64,000 nt of DNA from a virus. Taxonomy: Duplodnaviria > Caudoviricetes. The first letter of the stretch is position 1. Each line of letters starts with the position of its first letter. The stretch is from positions 128,001 to 192,000 of IMG/VR virus record IMGVR_UViG_3300013426_000014. One strand, 5' to 3'. The notes below the pieces were generated by a model. That model was given only the letters and a program-made list of their open reading frames with translations, had not been told where the DNA came from and did no database searches. The position numbers and the translations under genes are program-made. This document shows positions 9,984 through 23,708 of the stretch, piece after piece.

Positions 9984-10685
9984 ATGATTAATGAAGAGTT
10001 CGATTTGAGCAAAGTGGACAACGTCGACTGGACTGACACGTTCACCGAGGCGGATGACAACGCGATGAATGACAAGATACAAGAATTCATCGACAAGCAC
10101 GTTGAAATCTTTTATATAGACAAAGACTGACATGCCACATACAACACACCGTCGTTCGCCATCACGACGGACGGGAAGGTTATGCTATGTATGCCGGATG
10201 GTAAACCGTTGGACGAAGGCGTTACCGTGCAAATCGGCGACAAGAACCCGATTAATCGTATCATGAAACCGGGGGATCCATTTGATTCAATAAAAGACAT
10301 GCTTTGCGGCATGAGCCTGGCCGATATGCCTGATACTAAAATCGATGTGATTAATATGGATATTGAACATCTTTACGGTTTGCCGGATTCTGTCGGCGGC
10401 TTATGAGTCACCGATTGCGCGTATCTTGCCGATCTGTCCGGCATACCGAAGAATGTAAACGGCAATCTCAAGCTGAATCTTCACATAACGACATGTGTCA
10501 ACACGATGCCGGAACGAATCAAATACCTATATATAGGAGACGGTTATTTCGATCTGACAAAGGATGTAATCGACATGCTTCCGTATGACATACAATACAT
10601 AAAAGTTGTCTCAACATACGAGCAGCCGGATCAGAAGCTTATCTCGCTTCTTAGTGGACATTGTAAAAGTTTGACGACAAAATAA
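9984..10685 (+). CDS. Hypothetical late protein with degenerate LRR-like repeats, 233 aa, 2 TGA=Trp
   Basis: MINEEFDLSKVD...LYGLPDSVGGL(W)VTDCAYLADLSGIPKNVNGNL...TAA at 10683. Confidence 0.65.
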
Positions 10686-11807
10686 TTATATCGAGACAAT
10701 GTCGAACAGTCCGTCACTCCAGTATCTTTTGTCATAGAAATTGATATATCTGGTATTGGGATTCATCTTTGCCCACTTGACGACGTCATTGACATCCCAT
10801 TTCTTCGCGTCGGGGATATTGTTTTCCCTTCTGAACATGTTCCACAGGAAAACCTTCCCGCCTTCTTTGATCTTGTCAACAGCATGCGCCCTGCCGGTAT
10901 CATCGTCGTCGAACAACCACCGGAAATCACCCATGAACGGCATCGTCTTCGCCGCGCCGCACAGCGCTATTGCGTTCTTTATAAGAAACGCGTCGAGCGG
11001 TCCCTCCGTTACAATTACCGGTCTCGTATAATCGACGGTAAGTGAGTTGAACACCATCGACAGCGTGTCTATCTCCGGCGGGACGGTGACATTTAGCGTC
11101 AGGATGTTCTTCATCATCATGCCGTAAATATTGGTCAGGTTAAACGTCCTGTACTTCGGCTCGTTTTTCGGCCGATTCTTTTTGAGCGATCTCGTCTGCA
11201 CACCGAATATCCGTCCGGATTTAGTAAGGTTCAATATATATAGTTCGTCTTTCTTGACCGAATACAGAAATCTTGACCGGTCAAACTGCATCCTGTTTTT
11301 AAGATATACATCCGCTTTATTTTCTACCGCCTCGTCGAGTCGCAGCAGCGATTTGAATGTCTCGCGCCTGAACGCAAACTTGTCGACCTCCGCTTGATCA
11401 TATATCTCGATCGACACACTGACAGACGAATCGCCCGCGCTGACGTCCGCCGGCTTATTCGCCGTGACATAATCGATGATGTCAAGTGGCACGGATCCAC
11501 CGCTGTATTTCTTCAGGAACTCGGTCACCGGCATCGACACGCCGCAATTAAAGCATTTGTACAAGTTCGCGAAACGGCCGGACAGTCCAATGTTCGCCCG
11601 TTTTTTCGACGGGTCAGACATCGAGTCACCACAGACGGGGCAGCAAAAATTAAGCCGGTTCGACTGCCGGCGCACGTTCTGCCTCCGCCTGTCGTCCGGA
11701 AATCGACGCTCAAGAATATCACCGACCATCGCCGCGAGCCGGTCGCTGTACTCCTCCGGCGTCAAATCGTTCTGACCGAATAGTTTGTCGATTTTGCTGC
11801 TGTCCAT
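10686..11807 (-). CDS. DNA primase (T4 gp61-like, zinc-binding plus TOPRIM)
   Basis: FCCPVCGDS, YKCFNCG, TEGPLDA, FDDDDTG and KWDVND motifs. Confidence 0.92.
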   Translation of the reverse strand: MDSSKIDKLFGQNDLTPEEYSDRLAAMVGDILERRFPDDRRRQNVRRQSNRLNFCCPVCGDSMSDPSKKRANIGLSGRFANLYKCFNCGVSMPVTEFLKKYSGGSVPLDIIDYVTANKPADVSAGDSSVSVSIEIYDQAEVDKFAFRRETFKSLLRLDEAVENKADVYLKNRMQFDRSRFLYSVKKDELYILNLTKSGRIFGVQTRSLKKNRPKNEPKYRTFNLTNIYGMMMKNILTLNVTVPPEIDTLSMVFNSLTVDYTRPVIVTEGPLDAFLIKNAIALCGAAKTMPFMGDFRWLFDDDDTGRAHAVDKIKEGGKVFLWNMFRRENNIPDAKKWDVNDVVKWAKMNPNTRYINFYDKRYWSDGLFDIVSI

Positions 11808-11864
11808 AATATAAAACCTTATAAAACCTCAAATCATTATATTATTGACATGCCTTGTTTTTTC

Positions 11865-11873
11865 GATAAATAT
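11865..11873 (+). promoter_or_regulatory. Late promoter motif GATAAATAT
   Basis: Exact motif upstream of the neck gene. Confidence 0.7.
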
Positions 11874-11895
11874 TGGTAGAAATACACCGCGCAAA

Positions 11896-12627
11896 ATGAC
11901 AAGAAAGGAACTGATATCAACCGTCAGCGATGACATAACGATCAGCGGGCAGATGGAGTTGAATATACCGGAAAAAGAGATCAATCGTATAATAGACCAG
12001 GAGGAACGTGTCGCGTACAAGACATGACGCGACACCGTCGAGGTACAGTACGCCGTCATGAATCCTGCCGCGTTCGAGACGGAGGAGTTCAAAGGCAGCA
12101 GATCGATACAGTTGCCGAAGTGCGTGTGGGGGATAAACATGTTCAAGGAGATAAAGGACGGGTCGAGATTCTTTGGTATCAACGACATGGATCTCACAAT
12201 GGACAAGGTGTTCGGGTCAGACCTGTTTCTGAGTCCGTTCTCCAGTGACATCATAACGACGCGGACGGTGACATGGTCGTGATTCGATCTCGCGAAGACG
12301 TTCACACTCACCGACATAGGCTTCAGATTTAATCAGAACTCACACCGGATAACAGTGACAGGACGCACGCCGCGGTTCCCGGTTGTAATACAGGCGTATG
12401 TCGGGATACCGGAGCAGGATCTGTTCGATGATTATTATTTTCAGCGTCTTGTCATCGCGAGGTCGAAGATGCAGCTTCACCGCATGCTCAAGACGTTCGA
12501 CTACCAGGTAGTCGGCGGCGTGCAGATCATAAACACGCTAATGGACGAGGGAAAGTCTGAATATGATTCGATAATCGAGACGAAGCAGAAGCAGGACCCG
12601 GCGGACTGGTTTATCATGACGCCATAA
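11896..12627 (+). CDS. Neck/head-tail adaptor protein (T4 gp13-like), 243 aa, 2 TGA=Trp
   Basis: Fragments join at TGA 12025 and 12280; C-terminal YFQRLVIARSKMQLHRMLKTFDYQVVGGVQI resembles the gp13 A..K.Q...L.KF....LPGG motif. Confidence 0.7.
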
Positions 12628-12648
12628 TGGAAGGATTCATATAAAAGC

Positions 12649-12673
12649 AAAAGGCCGGAAACACCGGTCTTTT
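12649..12673. terminator. Bidirectional terminator between convergent genes
   Basis: aaaaggccgg-aaaca-ccggtctttt. Confidence 0.7.
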
Positions 12674-12702
12674 ATCGTATTATTTCAAAAAAACCAACTA
12701 AA

Positions 12703-13077
12703 TTATTCCGCCGTCACTTCAACCGCCTTCGCCGCGAGCCGGGCGCTCCACTCACGTCATTCCTGCATTTTCTTCATACGGAGTTTGTCCTCGTCCGAAT
12801 CATCGGCATTGAGTATGATGGCAATTTGGTCGTCATTTGAATATCTCGCGTTCACGAACTGTGTCTTGTACGCGGAATATCCCTGCCCGGTTCTCGCCGC
12901 GCATATCGGGATGTCATTAATTCACAGCATCCCCGCCCGTTTTGTCATTGTGTCAAGATCGAGTGACACTTCCGTCACGTTATCTTTCATCGACGTATCC
13001 GTAACGAAATATCTCGCGGCGCCGGCGGAAAGCACCTTGCCGGCGTCGGAGAAAATTCTGTCTTTCAGTATATACAT
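12703..13077 (-). CDS. Putative tail-fibre assembly/chaperone-like protein, 124 aa, 2 TGA=Trp (absent from track)
   Basis: MYILKDRIFSDAGKVL...RYSNDDQIAIILN...MQE(W)REWSARLA; lies directly downstream of the giant fibre-like gene. Confidence 0.6.
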
Positions 13078-13094
13078 TGTTAATAATCTTCTTT

Positions 13095-16000
13095 TTATGA
13101 TAGTGTCGCGCTCACAGTGAAACCGCCATACTCAGAATTGAGCAGGTTCCCGCCGAGATCTGTGCCGGTCCACGCGGCCGGATCCGCGCCGGATTTGACA
13201 TATAGGATATTGCCGCCCGAATTCCTGCCGTTGTAACCGGCCGTACTCGTGCCCTGACCGAACGGGAATCATCTGCCATTGTTCCGCTGTCCGATCACAG
13301 GGGCAGAGGCTGATCACATGATCGTCTTCATGTCGAGATTGTTCCTGAACGCATTGTAAGCTATAGCGACGCCTGCCGGTAGACTGAGCGTCTTTATCGT
13401 CGGCAGCGCGCCTGGCGATCAGTTCGAATTCTCAGCAAACGCCTCGATACCGATAGTTTTGAGCGATAATGACTTAGATAAATCTACCGTATCGAACATA
13501 TTTGAGTTAAACGCATAATCGCCAATCGTCTCGAGATTTACACACTCGTCAAGATTACATTCGGTGAACACCCTTTCGATTGATGTCATGCTGAATGCGG
13601 TGTTCCCGATCGTGACAACCGATGTCGGAAGCTTGACAGATTTAAGGTTATTGCATCCCATCATGAAATCATCCGGAATGGCGGTCAGACCAGACGCCTT
13701 CAGATCCGCGTCCGTGACAGTCGTTCTCCTGAATTGCTGACTTCCCGTCAGTTTTATCGATTTCGCGATTTTAAGCGATCCGACCATCGCGCGGAGAAAT
13801 CCATTGCTCTGTATTTCGGTGAGATTCTGAAAATGCGTATCATCTACCACAAAATCCCTTTGTGACAAGCTTCCATCAGAAGATATCCTCGCGTACGAGC
13901 TCATCGATCCCGGTCCGATCACATTGATACTATATAAGTCGTCATCTTCTGCCGCGGCGCCGCACAGCACGACCGTTATCACGCCAGAATCGTTCCTGTA
14001 TATGAAATTCGTCTCTTTCCCTGACAGACGCGAGCTGAACACAGGATTCGCAGCGTCAACCTTGACCGTTCGGATCTTTGACCCAAATGGTGTGATTCCG
14101 ATTGACATAATGCTCGCCGGCAGAGACACGTCGTCGATTTTCGCCCCGCCGTCATATGCATATTCAGACACGAATGCGTAATCGCCTATCGTCTCCACCC
14201 CGTTCTCGAAATCAATCGATCGAATCGACGAGCACTCCGTGACCGCCTCCCTTTCAACCGTGCGCAACGATGACGGAAATATGAATCCTGTAAGGTTCGA
14301 CAAGTTCATTATCGAGTTCCGGCGTATCATCTTGAGATTTGTCAGCGACCGCAAATCGGCGACACCATTTCAGTTCTGGTTATGCAGTCCGTCATTGTTA
14401 TTGTCTTCCGGTGTACTGCCGAATGACACAAATGAATTGTAACACAATGATTCAGTAATATCAGGAAGGATTGTCGAGCCGCACGTGCACACCGTCCCGC
14501 GTTTGTCCCATCCGCTCGACATGTTGGAATAAGTGTCGTTCGCTGCCAGTATGAAGTTCCGGCCGCCGATCCGCTTGCCGTCGACGACGGAGTCGGATCC
14601 ATAAAATTCCGTATTATCCGGATCGACCGTTATCGTCTCGACTGTCGAGCAATATGCAATGATGCCAGAACCGATGGATGTCACAGACGCCGGGATGTGC
14701 AGTGTCTTGATGCCTGAAAACCAGAACACACCGTTTCCAATTGTCTTCACCGTATTCGGTATATCCAATTTTTCCAGTGACATGCAGGATTGGAACGCAT
14801 TTGATGATATCGTCTCGAGACGTGGATACCGACCGAAAGTGATGTTCGTCAGATTCTGACAATTGCTGAACGCGTAATCCTTTATGATGGTGACATTGTC
14901 CTTTATATAGAAGTCCGTAAACTTCGGCGCCTCATATCCATTATCATTCTGTCCGAACGCGTACCTCCCGATTGATGTGACAGTCGCCGGGATTTCTATT
15001 TGCTCAAGCTGGCTGCAGTCAGCGAACATATAGTCAATGATCTCTGTGACATTCGTGAACTTCGCGAACTCATTGAATGTTTTGATATTGGATCTCCGGA
15101 ATTTGGTGCCGATCATAGACGTCGTGAATTCCTCCGCGTCTGTCAGCGTTATGTATGTGCGCCCGTCATCCCAGTCTATGAACACGGTCGGGTCATTCTG
15201 CCGCGCCGTCCGTATGATACCGGCGAGAATATCAAACACCTCCGGGTTGGTATCCTGTGTAAGCAGTATGTTCGGATCCATCATGACCGTGTCGATCGTC
15301 TTCGTGCACAGCTCGCTGCCGTCGTATTTCTTCGTAAACTTGAACCCACAATATCCATTTATATAGGTCTCGCCGCTCATCGCGCCGTCGATCTGTGTCA
15401 CCGTGACGCCGCCGTAAAATTTGTCGTCTGACTTGATCGGCGTCACGTCGGCCTTGCCTTTGAACTCATCTGACATCACAAACTCCACGTCAAACTCGCC
15501 GGTGACGGCGGTGTTGTCGCACCGCCATGTGAAACGGGCGGTCGACCCGCTTATCGATGACGGGCCGGTCACGGTCAAATCTGATTCGGTCGGATACGTT
15601 TTCCGTCTGACCGTCACATTCATGTAGCTGGAATCTGAAATCGGCTCGTCCCCCTCCGCGTCATTGACTGACCGCATCGTCGCCGTAATCCTGACCGTGA
15701 CGTCGCCATTTTCATTATCCTCCACCGCGGTAAGCACATGTGTCGATCTGTTGAACGTCAGTCCCTCGCGACTGTTTGACACGAATATGTTCGAATCATC
15801 CGCGCTTATGCTGGCGGGCGACATCGAATACTGTACGGCGAACTCCCTGTGCATCTCAGCGACAGGTATGAACGTCACCGCCGTATATTCGGCGCTCGAC
15901 CCGTCAAGCAATTCAGACGGGCCGGATATCACGATCTTCGGCGAATTCGCCGTGATGAACAGTCCGCGGCCGTAACTTGACTTGTCAAACACGTTCTTGC

Positions 16001-19000
16001 CGTATATCGCCTGTATCTTCGCGATCTGCCCCGCGTCCGGGACGGACGACAACTGTATGAATCCGGTCAACGTCAATGACTTCATCCCGGCGCCGAACTC
16101 AACGAGCGCGTCCGGCGACACACCGTCCCATGATATGTTCGACACATTGAGTGTGCATTCCGAGTTGGGAATGTTGTTCGTGACACGGGCGTCATGCCAC
16201 TTGCGGAAGAACTGCCATGATGACTGTAACGTCGGACAGTTCCTGACTGTCATCGATGTCACATTCTTGCCTCCACCATCTTCGCCGAGCCGCAGGCCGG
16301 ATAATTCCAGCTTCGTCAGACCGGAGAAGTTGACGGTCGTTATCGAATCCGGCAGGACGACCTCTGTGAGCGGCGCACCGTCGGCGAACCTTATTGACGT
16401 CAGGCCGGACTCTGCCGCCCAGAATTTCTTAAGGTAATTCAGCTTGACCAGATCCGCGCCGATGTCCTTAAGCCCGGTGAATCCCGTTATGTCAAGCTCC
16501 TCCAGTGACGCGAGACTTCCGAGGCCGGAATAGTTCGTGCCCTGAAGACCGGTGTTCCGTATCCCGCTCTTCGTGTGGTCACCGAGATACAGCCGCCGCA
16601 TCTTTGATCCAAGGTCGGCATTCCACGCGCCGCCAATGTTCAGACGCGTCAGCGCATAGCTCGAACCGTCCGACCCCTGACTGACGAGATTCCTGAGGTC
16701 AAGCTCCTCGATGTTTCACGGGTTGTACACCGCGACCGGCGAGCCGACCTGAAGGGTCATGTACAGCTCGAACCCGTGTCGCGTCTCTGACTCCGGCCTG
16801 ACATTGCCGTCGGCGTCGACTGATCCGTTCGCGTAAAGGTGTACGCCTGACTCCTGCACGCGGTTGTTTGTCCCGTACGCGAAATATGCGTCGTTACCGG
16901 ACGTTATGTAGAACTTCGTCCCTATCTGTACGGCCGGCGCGAGGAACGTGATCGCCTGTTTCTTGTAACTCTCGTTCATGAACAACGCGTCATAATAGTC
17001 GAAACGGTGTGACAGTCACCAGCGCCTGTGTGTCTTTCTTGAACCCTGCAGCGAGCCAAGGTAGTTCTCGTTGTCGGTCAGATACGAATCGATGTACTTG
17101 TACTCCGCGTCGATGTTGAACACCTTCTCTGGTCACTGCCCGCTCTGCAGGTTCTCGAACATGTTGAGCACGCCGCTGTATGTCAGGCCGGCGTTGTTCA
17201 GCGCGCTGTCGACCGCCGGAACTATCGACTTCATGAACTCGTCGTCTGCCTCCAGACAGTTCCACAGCGTGGACTCGCGGGCAGCATAGCAGAAGTCGTT
17301 GATCTCATTATCGAAACTGTTCCTCGTGATCTCTGGCCCGTACTTGAGCAGACCGTCGTTCCTGACGCCGAGTATGGTGTCGTTATCATAATTGATGTAG
17401 TACCAGTGCTGTCCGTCCTCTGACGTGAACATCGCGTTCTTGACTGTCTGATCGACGGCGGCGAAACGTATGAGATAGATGTAATATGCCGCTATCTTAT
17501 ACATGTCGAAGTGCTCCCACTTCTCCGCCGCGAAACGGTCGGGATTTTTCCAGCTTATTATCTTGTTGTAAACGTTCGCCTCCGACTGAGCGAAATACCT
17601 GTTCGTCGTCCGCGTCCCCGCCACCTCGTTTCCGTTTTGGTCCTTCTCCACATATACGTAACCTGAATCCTTGTCGTCGAAATATATGTACGGCGACGGC
17701 TCGACCCTCCCCGTGAGACCGTCCTTGTGATAAAGCGTGGTCTTGAACTCCGATATTTTGCCGGCGGCGTATAGTGTCCTGAATTCTGTTATCAAATCAT
17801 CCGTGATCGGATTGTTCATCGCGCTGTCAGTGAACAGCCGCGGCTTGTCGAGGACCGTTCCGTCCTCGTTTCGCGGCGTGAGCGACAACTCTTCCACATG
17901 GGCACTGTTGCCAGACAGTTGACTCGGCAATACCTCGTCGAACACGGCGTACGTGACGACGTCAGGCACATTGTCGCCCTTTATCTCGCGCTCTATCACA
18001 CAGTCGTTCCTTATGCCGCACATCCATTTCGCGAACGGCAGCACATACTTCTCCCATCTCAGGAACGCGTCCGGCCTTGTCTTGACCCCGGTGTCGGTAT
18101 CAAGTTCATAACCGTCAGACGTCAGTCCATCCGGCTGATCGTCTGGATACCTGGCCTCGAAACCGCGTGCCCAACCAAACGTCTCGATACCGGCGTCATA
18201 GTCATCCCACCCGTCTATGTTCTTATACAGCGCGATGTCATTACCGGAGTCGATAAGCTCTCAACACTGCATCGTGTCCTTGTACTTGAGCGTCCGCGCC
18301 TCGTCCGCCGAAACGGATCCGCCCAGCGCCGCGGAATATTTGACCGGGTCGACGTCGATGACCGAATCGTCGAACGACCACTGTTTCTCCGGCGGAACTT
18401 CAACGTTCTTGTCGTAATTGAGTGAATGCTCCCAGTCGACATCACAGAACCCGAACACCGCCTCATTCGACTTGTCATTGTTGAAATTGTACTTGCCCAT
18501 GAACACCAGATCAGATTTCTCGTCCTTCTGGTAGAACATGACGATAGGGAATCCGTCGACCGTCGTCCTGACATCATATCCGAAGCCGTTCGCGTCCGCC
18601 ATCGTCTGTGCCTTTGTCCTCAGCACTGTCTCATTGTTTGCCGACTGTGATGCATTCTGCTTCACGATAGCGAGACCGGTCCACATGTATGTCCCATCTT
18701 CGTATTTCTTTACAGGCTTATTCGCCTCGACCGACGACGGGTCGGTCGACTTGTCCCATATATCAATGCTGTCATCTGACATATAACCGCTAATCACAGT
18801 ATAATCTACCTGCACATAAACGAAACGGTCATACCCATCGATAAGTTCATCTGTCAATATCCCGTCTGCGTTGTATTCCGTAAGCGATTTTGTATCAGTG
18901 ACGCCATCCTTTACACCACATACTCAATAATACGAGCTGCCGATTGCCGGTGTATACGTTACACGGGCATTATATAAGATATTATTCCATAGTCTGGCGA

Positions 19001-21599
19001 TACCAGTGTTGTGGGAAGAAGATGATTCCGCGAAGTCCGCCTTTATTGTCCAGCGTGGCACAGCCTGTGGCTCACCGTTCTCCCAATCACCTCTATTGCG
19101 GAATGAGAAATAGTATTTGCGTTTGTCCTTATCACCGGGTTTCTTCGGCGCCTTGCCTTTTGGATCCAGCTTCGTTCAGAACGCAGATGAGTCTTCTGAT
19201 ATATTATCTTTTGACATCTTGTAGAAGATGCAGTCATCCGCGTTTCATTTCGCCGGGGTGTTATCTGGCGTCTCTGTCGGCTTCTGCATCTTACTGAACT
19301 CACCGTATAACCTATAGTTACGTTTCGGATATGTCATCGACGATGTTCCTTGCGGACCCATACCGGCGTTAAGATAGACAAAACACGTTTCCTTGTTCTC
19401 TGTACCACAGTTGACATAATCATAGTACTTGATCTTCGGTACGATAATAACCGCTTTCTTGTTTGTGCCTTTTTCATCGAGTACATTAAGGTATCCCGTC
19501 ACGACCATGACTGGAATGGTTGCGGCAAGTTTATCTATAGAAATAGCATTATTCTCTGATATATTGTTGCTGTTGAATAGATTAAGCATTTCTGCCGTCG
19601 TATCACGGTAAAGAATGTAGTTATTAAGAACCTCATCATTCTGCAGTGCGCGGTTATAGACGCGGATCTGCTTAAGCGATATCTCCGCCGTCTGCTTGCC
19701 CGTGAACTTTATCGTCGACGGAGTGACGAAGCTGTCGTCCGCCGTATAGTTAATCGCGCCCGATATGACGCCATTAACAAATAACAATATGACGCGGCGC
19801 CCCGTGTCAGCGGCCGGTTTAATGACGAACGACAGACGGATGTTCTCACCGGACTTATACTTGACCGACACCTTCTGCCCCGCCGCCGTTATAAGCGACG
19901 CCTCCGACGCGGTCACGGTGATACCGGCGCCGGTCGGCTCGCCGTCCGTGCCCGTCCGCCGCATCTCGCACAGGACGGCGGTGTCGTCATTAACGTTCAT
20001 CGTGTTGAACTCGAACTCTATCGTCCGGCCGGCGTTCATTATCACGGTGTCGTCAGAGAATGGCATGAAGTTTTTGAAGTCAACGGACGCGCCGTTGTTT
20101 ATGTTGAGTCTGTTGTCCGACCATCCGGACGCGGCGGACCAGTCGAAATTCTGAAAATCCGCGACGCAAGTCGTCCTCGTGCCCGGTATCTTGTATGTTC
20201 AGTCCGCCTTGTTCGACGAGCTGTTTGTCCTGCCGTTCGCGGCGAACGCGAAGATGAGACCGTTGTCCTCGCCTATCTCGCCGATGCCCATTGTGTTTTG
20301 TGCGACGTCGATGTCGATGTCGCGGACGTAATTGTCGGACTGTATTCTCACCTTCCCTGGACCTGTGAACGGCGGCGTGAACGTCACGCTGTCCTGTTCA
20401 CCGGCAGAAATCGACCGCTCCGCTATGAGATCGGTTGCTGATCCTGTCCCTTCCGTGAGATATATCTTGACTGGTATGTCGGTCCTTGAATCAGGGGAGT
20501 ATACCGCGTAATACAGGGTGTACGGCGTGTATTGTGTGAGATCGTAAAGCGTTGGCGCCTTATTCGCCCCGTCAGCCGTGATCTTGACCTTGTCTTTCGG
20601 TATTACCGTCTTGATCGCCGACATGAACGGGCCGATTCCGGAACGAGTGAACATGAAGTCTCTGTACAGCATGTCGGAATAGAACCTGGTCGCGCCGTCG
20701 CCGGCGATGATGTACGCCCTGTACTGAACGGTGTGCACGCCAGCTGCCGCGTTCTCCAAATTGATCATCCTCGTTTTCGTCATGCCGCCCGGCTGCAGCG
20801 TCCCCTCCGACACGGTCGAGTCGAGCTCGCCATCGACATACCACTCCGTATACGCCGTGCCGTTACCCGCTATGTTATACACAACATCGAGCGTCATCTT
20901 CTCATCAAGATCCTGTACGACGGATATGTCGGCCGAATCAGTCAGCGTCAGGTTGATGACGTTAAAACTAAATGGATATGTAGCGGAAACCTTGTGAACC
21001 TGTCCGGTAATGGTAACGGTGACGGTCAATGACGCGTTAATTGCGACGCCGTCCTCATAAAGGAAGTCGTCAAGCTGTATCGTGACATCGGTGTTCGACG
21101 CCGACAACGGCATCGATCTCGTCACCGCCGGACGCACGTCATTCGCGTAACGCACGACATAAGTGCAGTTGACCGCCTCGCCGGTCGGTATCGGCGATCC
21201 AGTCGACGTCTGCACAAGTGACCATTCGAACCTGATTCTGTTGTTAAGTTCACCGGTAAACACATACTGTTTTTCTGTCCCGTCGAGCGGTTTTATCGAC
21301 GCCGCGTATTTGGACGGGACCTCGAAATAGCCAATGACGAGATCCGCGGTGTCGGCATGATTCTCCGACTTGTCCGCCGCCCATTTCTCGTAATCCGCCT
21401 CTGTCGAGAACACATAACACTGTGACGACTCCATATCTGTGTAGAAATAACCGGCCCTTTTCTTGAAGTTGTCCTTGATGTATTTCTGCACGACGGATCC
21501 GTCGAGCGGCAGGTTTTCTGTGGTGTCGTCGCCGACGCCCCAATCGAGCACGCTGTTGTTCCAGTCAATCGGTTTATCCCACGCCTTCTTCTTCGCCAT
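13095..21599 (-). CDS. Giant virion-associated protein, 2,834 aa: beta-sandwich/LamG-like region, CotH-like kinase domain, LRR and BspA/LRR_5 repeats; 12 TGA=Trp
   Basis: Seven track ORFs share one frame, separated only by TGA; motifs KADFAESSSSHNTG, C(W)E, FEARYPD, DQTVKN...WYYINYDNDTILG, and IPATVTSIGRYAF-type repeats. Confidence 0.8.
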
Positions 21600-21614
21600 A
21601 TGCTGATGTGTCTT

Positions 21615-21803
21615 TTATTCGTTGTTTTTCCACGGATCCGTATTGATCCACGGCTTGTCGTTTATCCAGTATCCGCGTCCGTAACAGGAGCGGACCGCCT
21701 GTCATACAAGACGGTCTCCCTTATAGATCGCGGTGATGTTTCTTTCCATCCCGTCGACGAAGCAGTGAACGCCCGTCACGTTTTTGCCGTCTTTATGTAT
21801 CAT
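21615..21803 (-). CDS. Small Trp-rich conserved phage protein, 62 aa (absent from track)
   Basis: MIHKDGKNV...ITAIYKGDRLV(W)QAVRSCYGRGYWINDKPWINTDPWKNNE-TAA. Confidence 0.75.
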
Positions 21804-21819
21804 GTTTATTTACCGTCTG

Positions 21820-23706
21820 TTATTCATCCTCGTAAATGAAATATATCACGTCCGGATCGTGCGGGTTGGACTCGTACCAGTCCTCCGTCACAAACTGGTG
21901 TCCGTTTATGATCCGCCTGTACTCGGCCTCTATTATCGCGTCGAGCGTGAACGATCCGATGACTTTCCATTCTGTCCCGGTCCATGTGAACTCATAATAA
22001 AGCGGGTCGGATCCGGCCTTACGGGCGAGATACACCTTGTCGCCGACCGGATCCGCGACCGCGGCGGCGATTTCTACTGCAGTTCCGTCTGATATATCGG
22101 TGTCGACGACGATGAACGGATTCTCCGGCAGGCGCTCGTCGATATACTTCTGCATATCAGACCGGACGGAGTTGATCGACCCGGCAAGCGTGTTGTCCGC
22201 CGCTTTCATCGCCGATTCAATTTCATCATCCCTCTTGTCAAGCGCCACTATCTTTTTGTCATACACAGACGTGTCGACTTTTTCCGAAAGCGCGGATTTG
22301 ACAGCGCCAGACGACACGGGATCGTCCGACTCGTCGATCTCCGTCTTTATCCTCGCGTCGAGATATTCCTTGACGAAAGCCGCGACCGCGGCGGATGTCG
22401 GCACGGTCGAATCGGCGGACGCGACCATGCCGTCCGCCGTCCCCGTCACCGATTTGCCGCCGACACGATCTGCGTTGTCAGCCTGTGGCACCGATATGGC
22501 GCCCAGGTCGAGCGTAATGTCACCCATATTCGGGTCATACACCGCGGATCCCGACACGCCCGCCGCCGTCTTGTACTTCACTGTCAATGATGGATAGTCG
22601 CCGGTCGACAGGACCGGAAGCTGCACGCTTATCGTCTGGTCTTCGACCTCCGTTATATGGCCGTTCGCATCGTATGATGTCCGCGGAACGGTAAATGAGT
22701 ATACGGACGCATCATTGTCCTTCACCGCATGCGGTATGAATATATCAGTGTTATCCGCCGTATGACCGGCGGATATCTTGTTGACATGCCCGACAGTCAA
22801 GCCGTCGGATCCAATCTCAATGCCGTCCGTCCCGGTAATATGTTTTCACTCACGGTGATCGGTCAGCACCCTGCTTACATCAGTTGTCTCGCCAGTCGCC
22901 GGCGCGTAACCGGCGTTGGTCCTGTCATATAAATCGGACGGTGACTCGATGACGTTTCAGTGGACCGGACTGCCGTCCGATCCATCATTATCACAGATAA
23001 GTACGTCACCGGCGTTCTTCACGACAATGTCGACGGTGATTTCATTACCGACCGCGTCAGTCGATTTATAGTGGTATGTGTTCGCGTCTACCACCTTGTA
23101 CGACGCGCCGGCCTTCGGATTATCAGGCAGGTCATAATTGTCAGAGTATGTCCCGTCCGGGTTGAGCTTTGTTCCCTTGCCAATCACCTTCATGACGAAT
23201 GTCGATGCGTTCTCATTGATGAGATACATGACACGTGAGTTCGTCGCGAGTGACGCGTCCGCTGTGCCGGCGAGCTGATACTCGACAGTCGACACATCGA
23301 CGACGTGGCCGTACTCGTCTATCGTTATGAACGGGCATTTCAATGACGCCGTCTCGTTATCGTCCATGACGTTCCACTCCGATTTCAGCTTCTTTGCGTC
23401 CGCCGCCGACAAAGGATGTATGCTCCTAACGTCGACTGTCTTGTCCGCGGATCCATCATAGTCGAAAGAGTTTGTCCCATTCGTCACCGTCAGTGGATGC
23501 GCGACTGTCGCGTTTATCCGCCGCGCTTCACCGCCGTTCGACAGTGAGTCAAGAAAATACAGCGTGCTGTCATCCCGCACATAGATGATGGCGTTCCTGA
23601 TGCCGTCGTACAAACGCTGTATCTCGCCGGTCGTGTCTATCTTGTCGAGCATCACCGCGTCGACAGACACGAACTTGATCATATCGGCTATATTACTGTT
23701 CGCCAT
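21820..23706 (-). CDS. Tail fibre-like protein, 628 aa, 2 TGA=Trp
   Basis: Track ORFs 22957-23709 and 21820-22800 are in one frame; DxxGH[VI] fibre repeats; ends DPDVIYFIYEDE. Confidence 0.7.
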
Positions 23707-23708
23707 CA

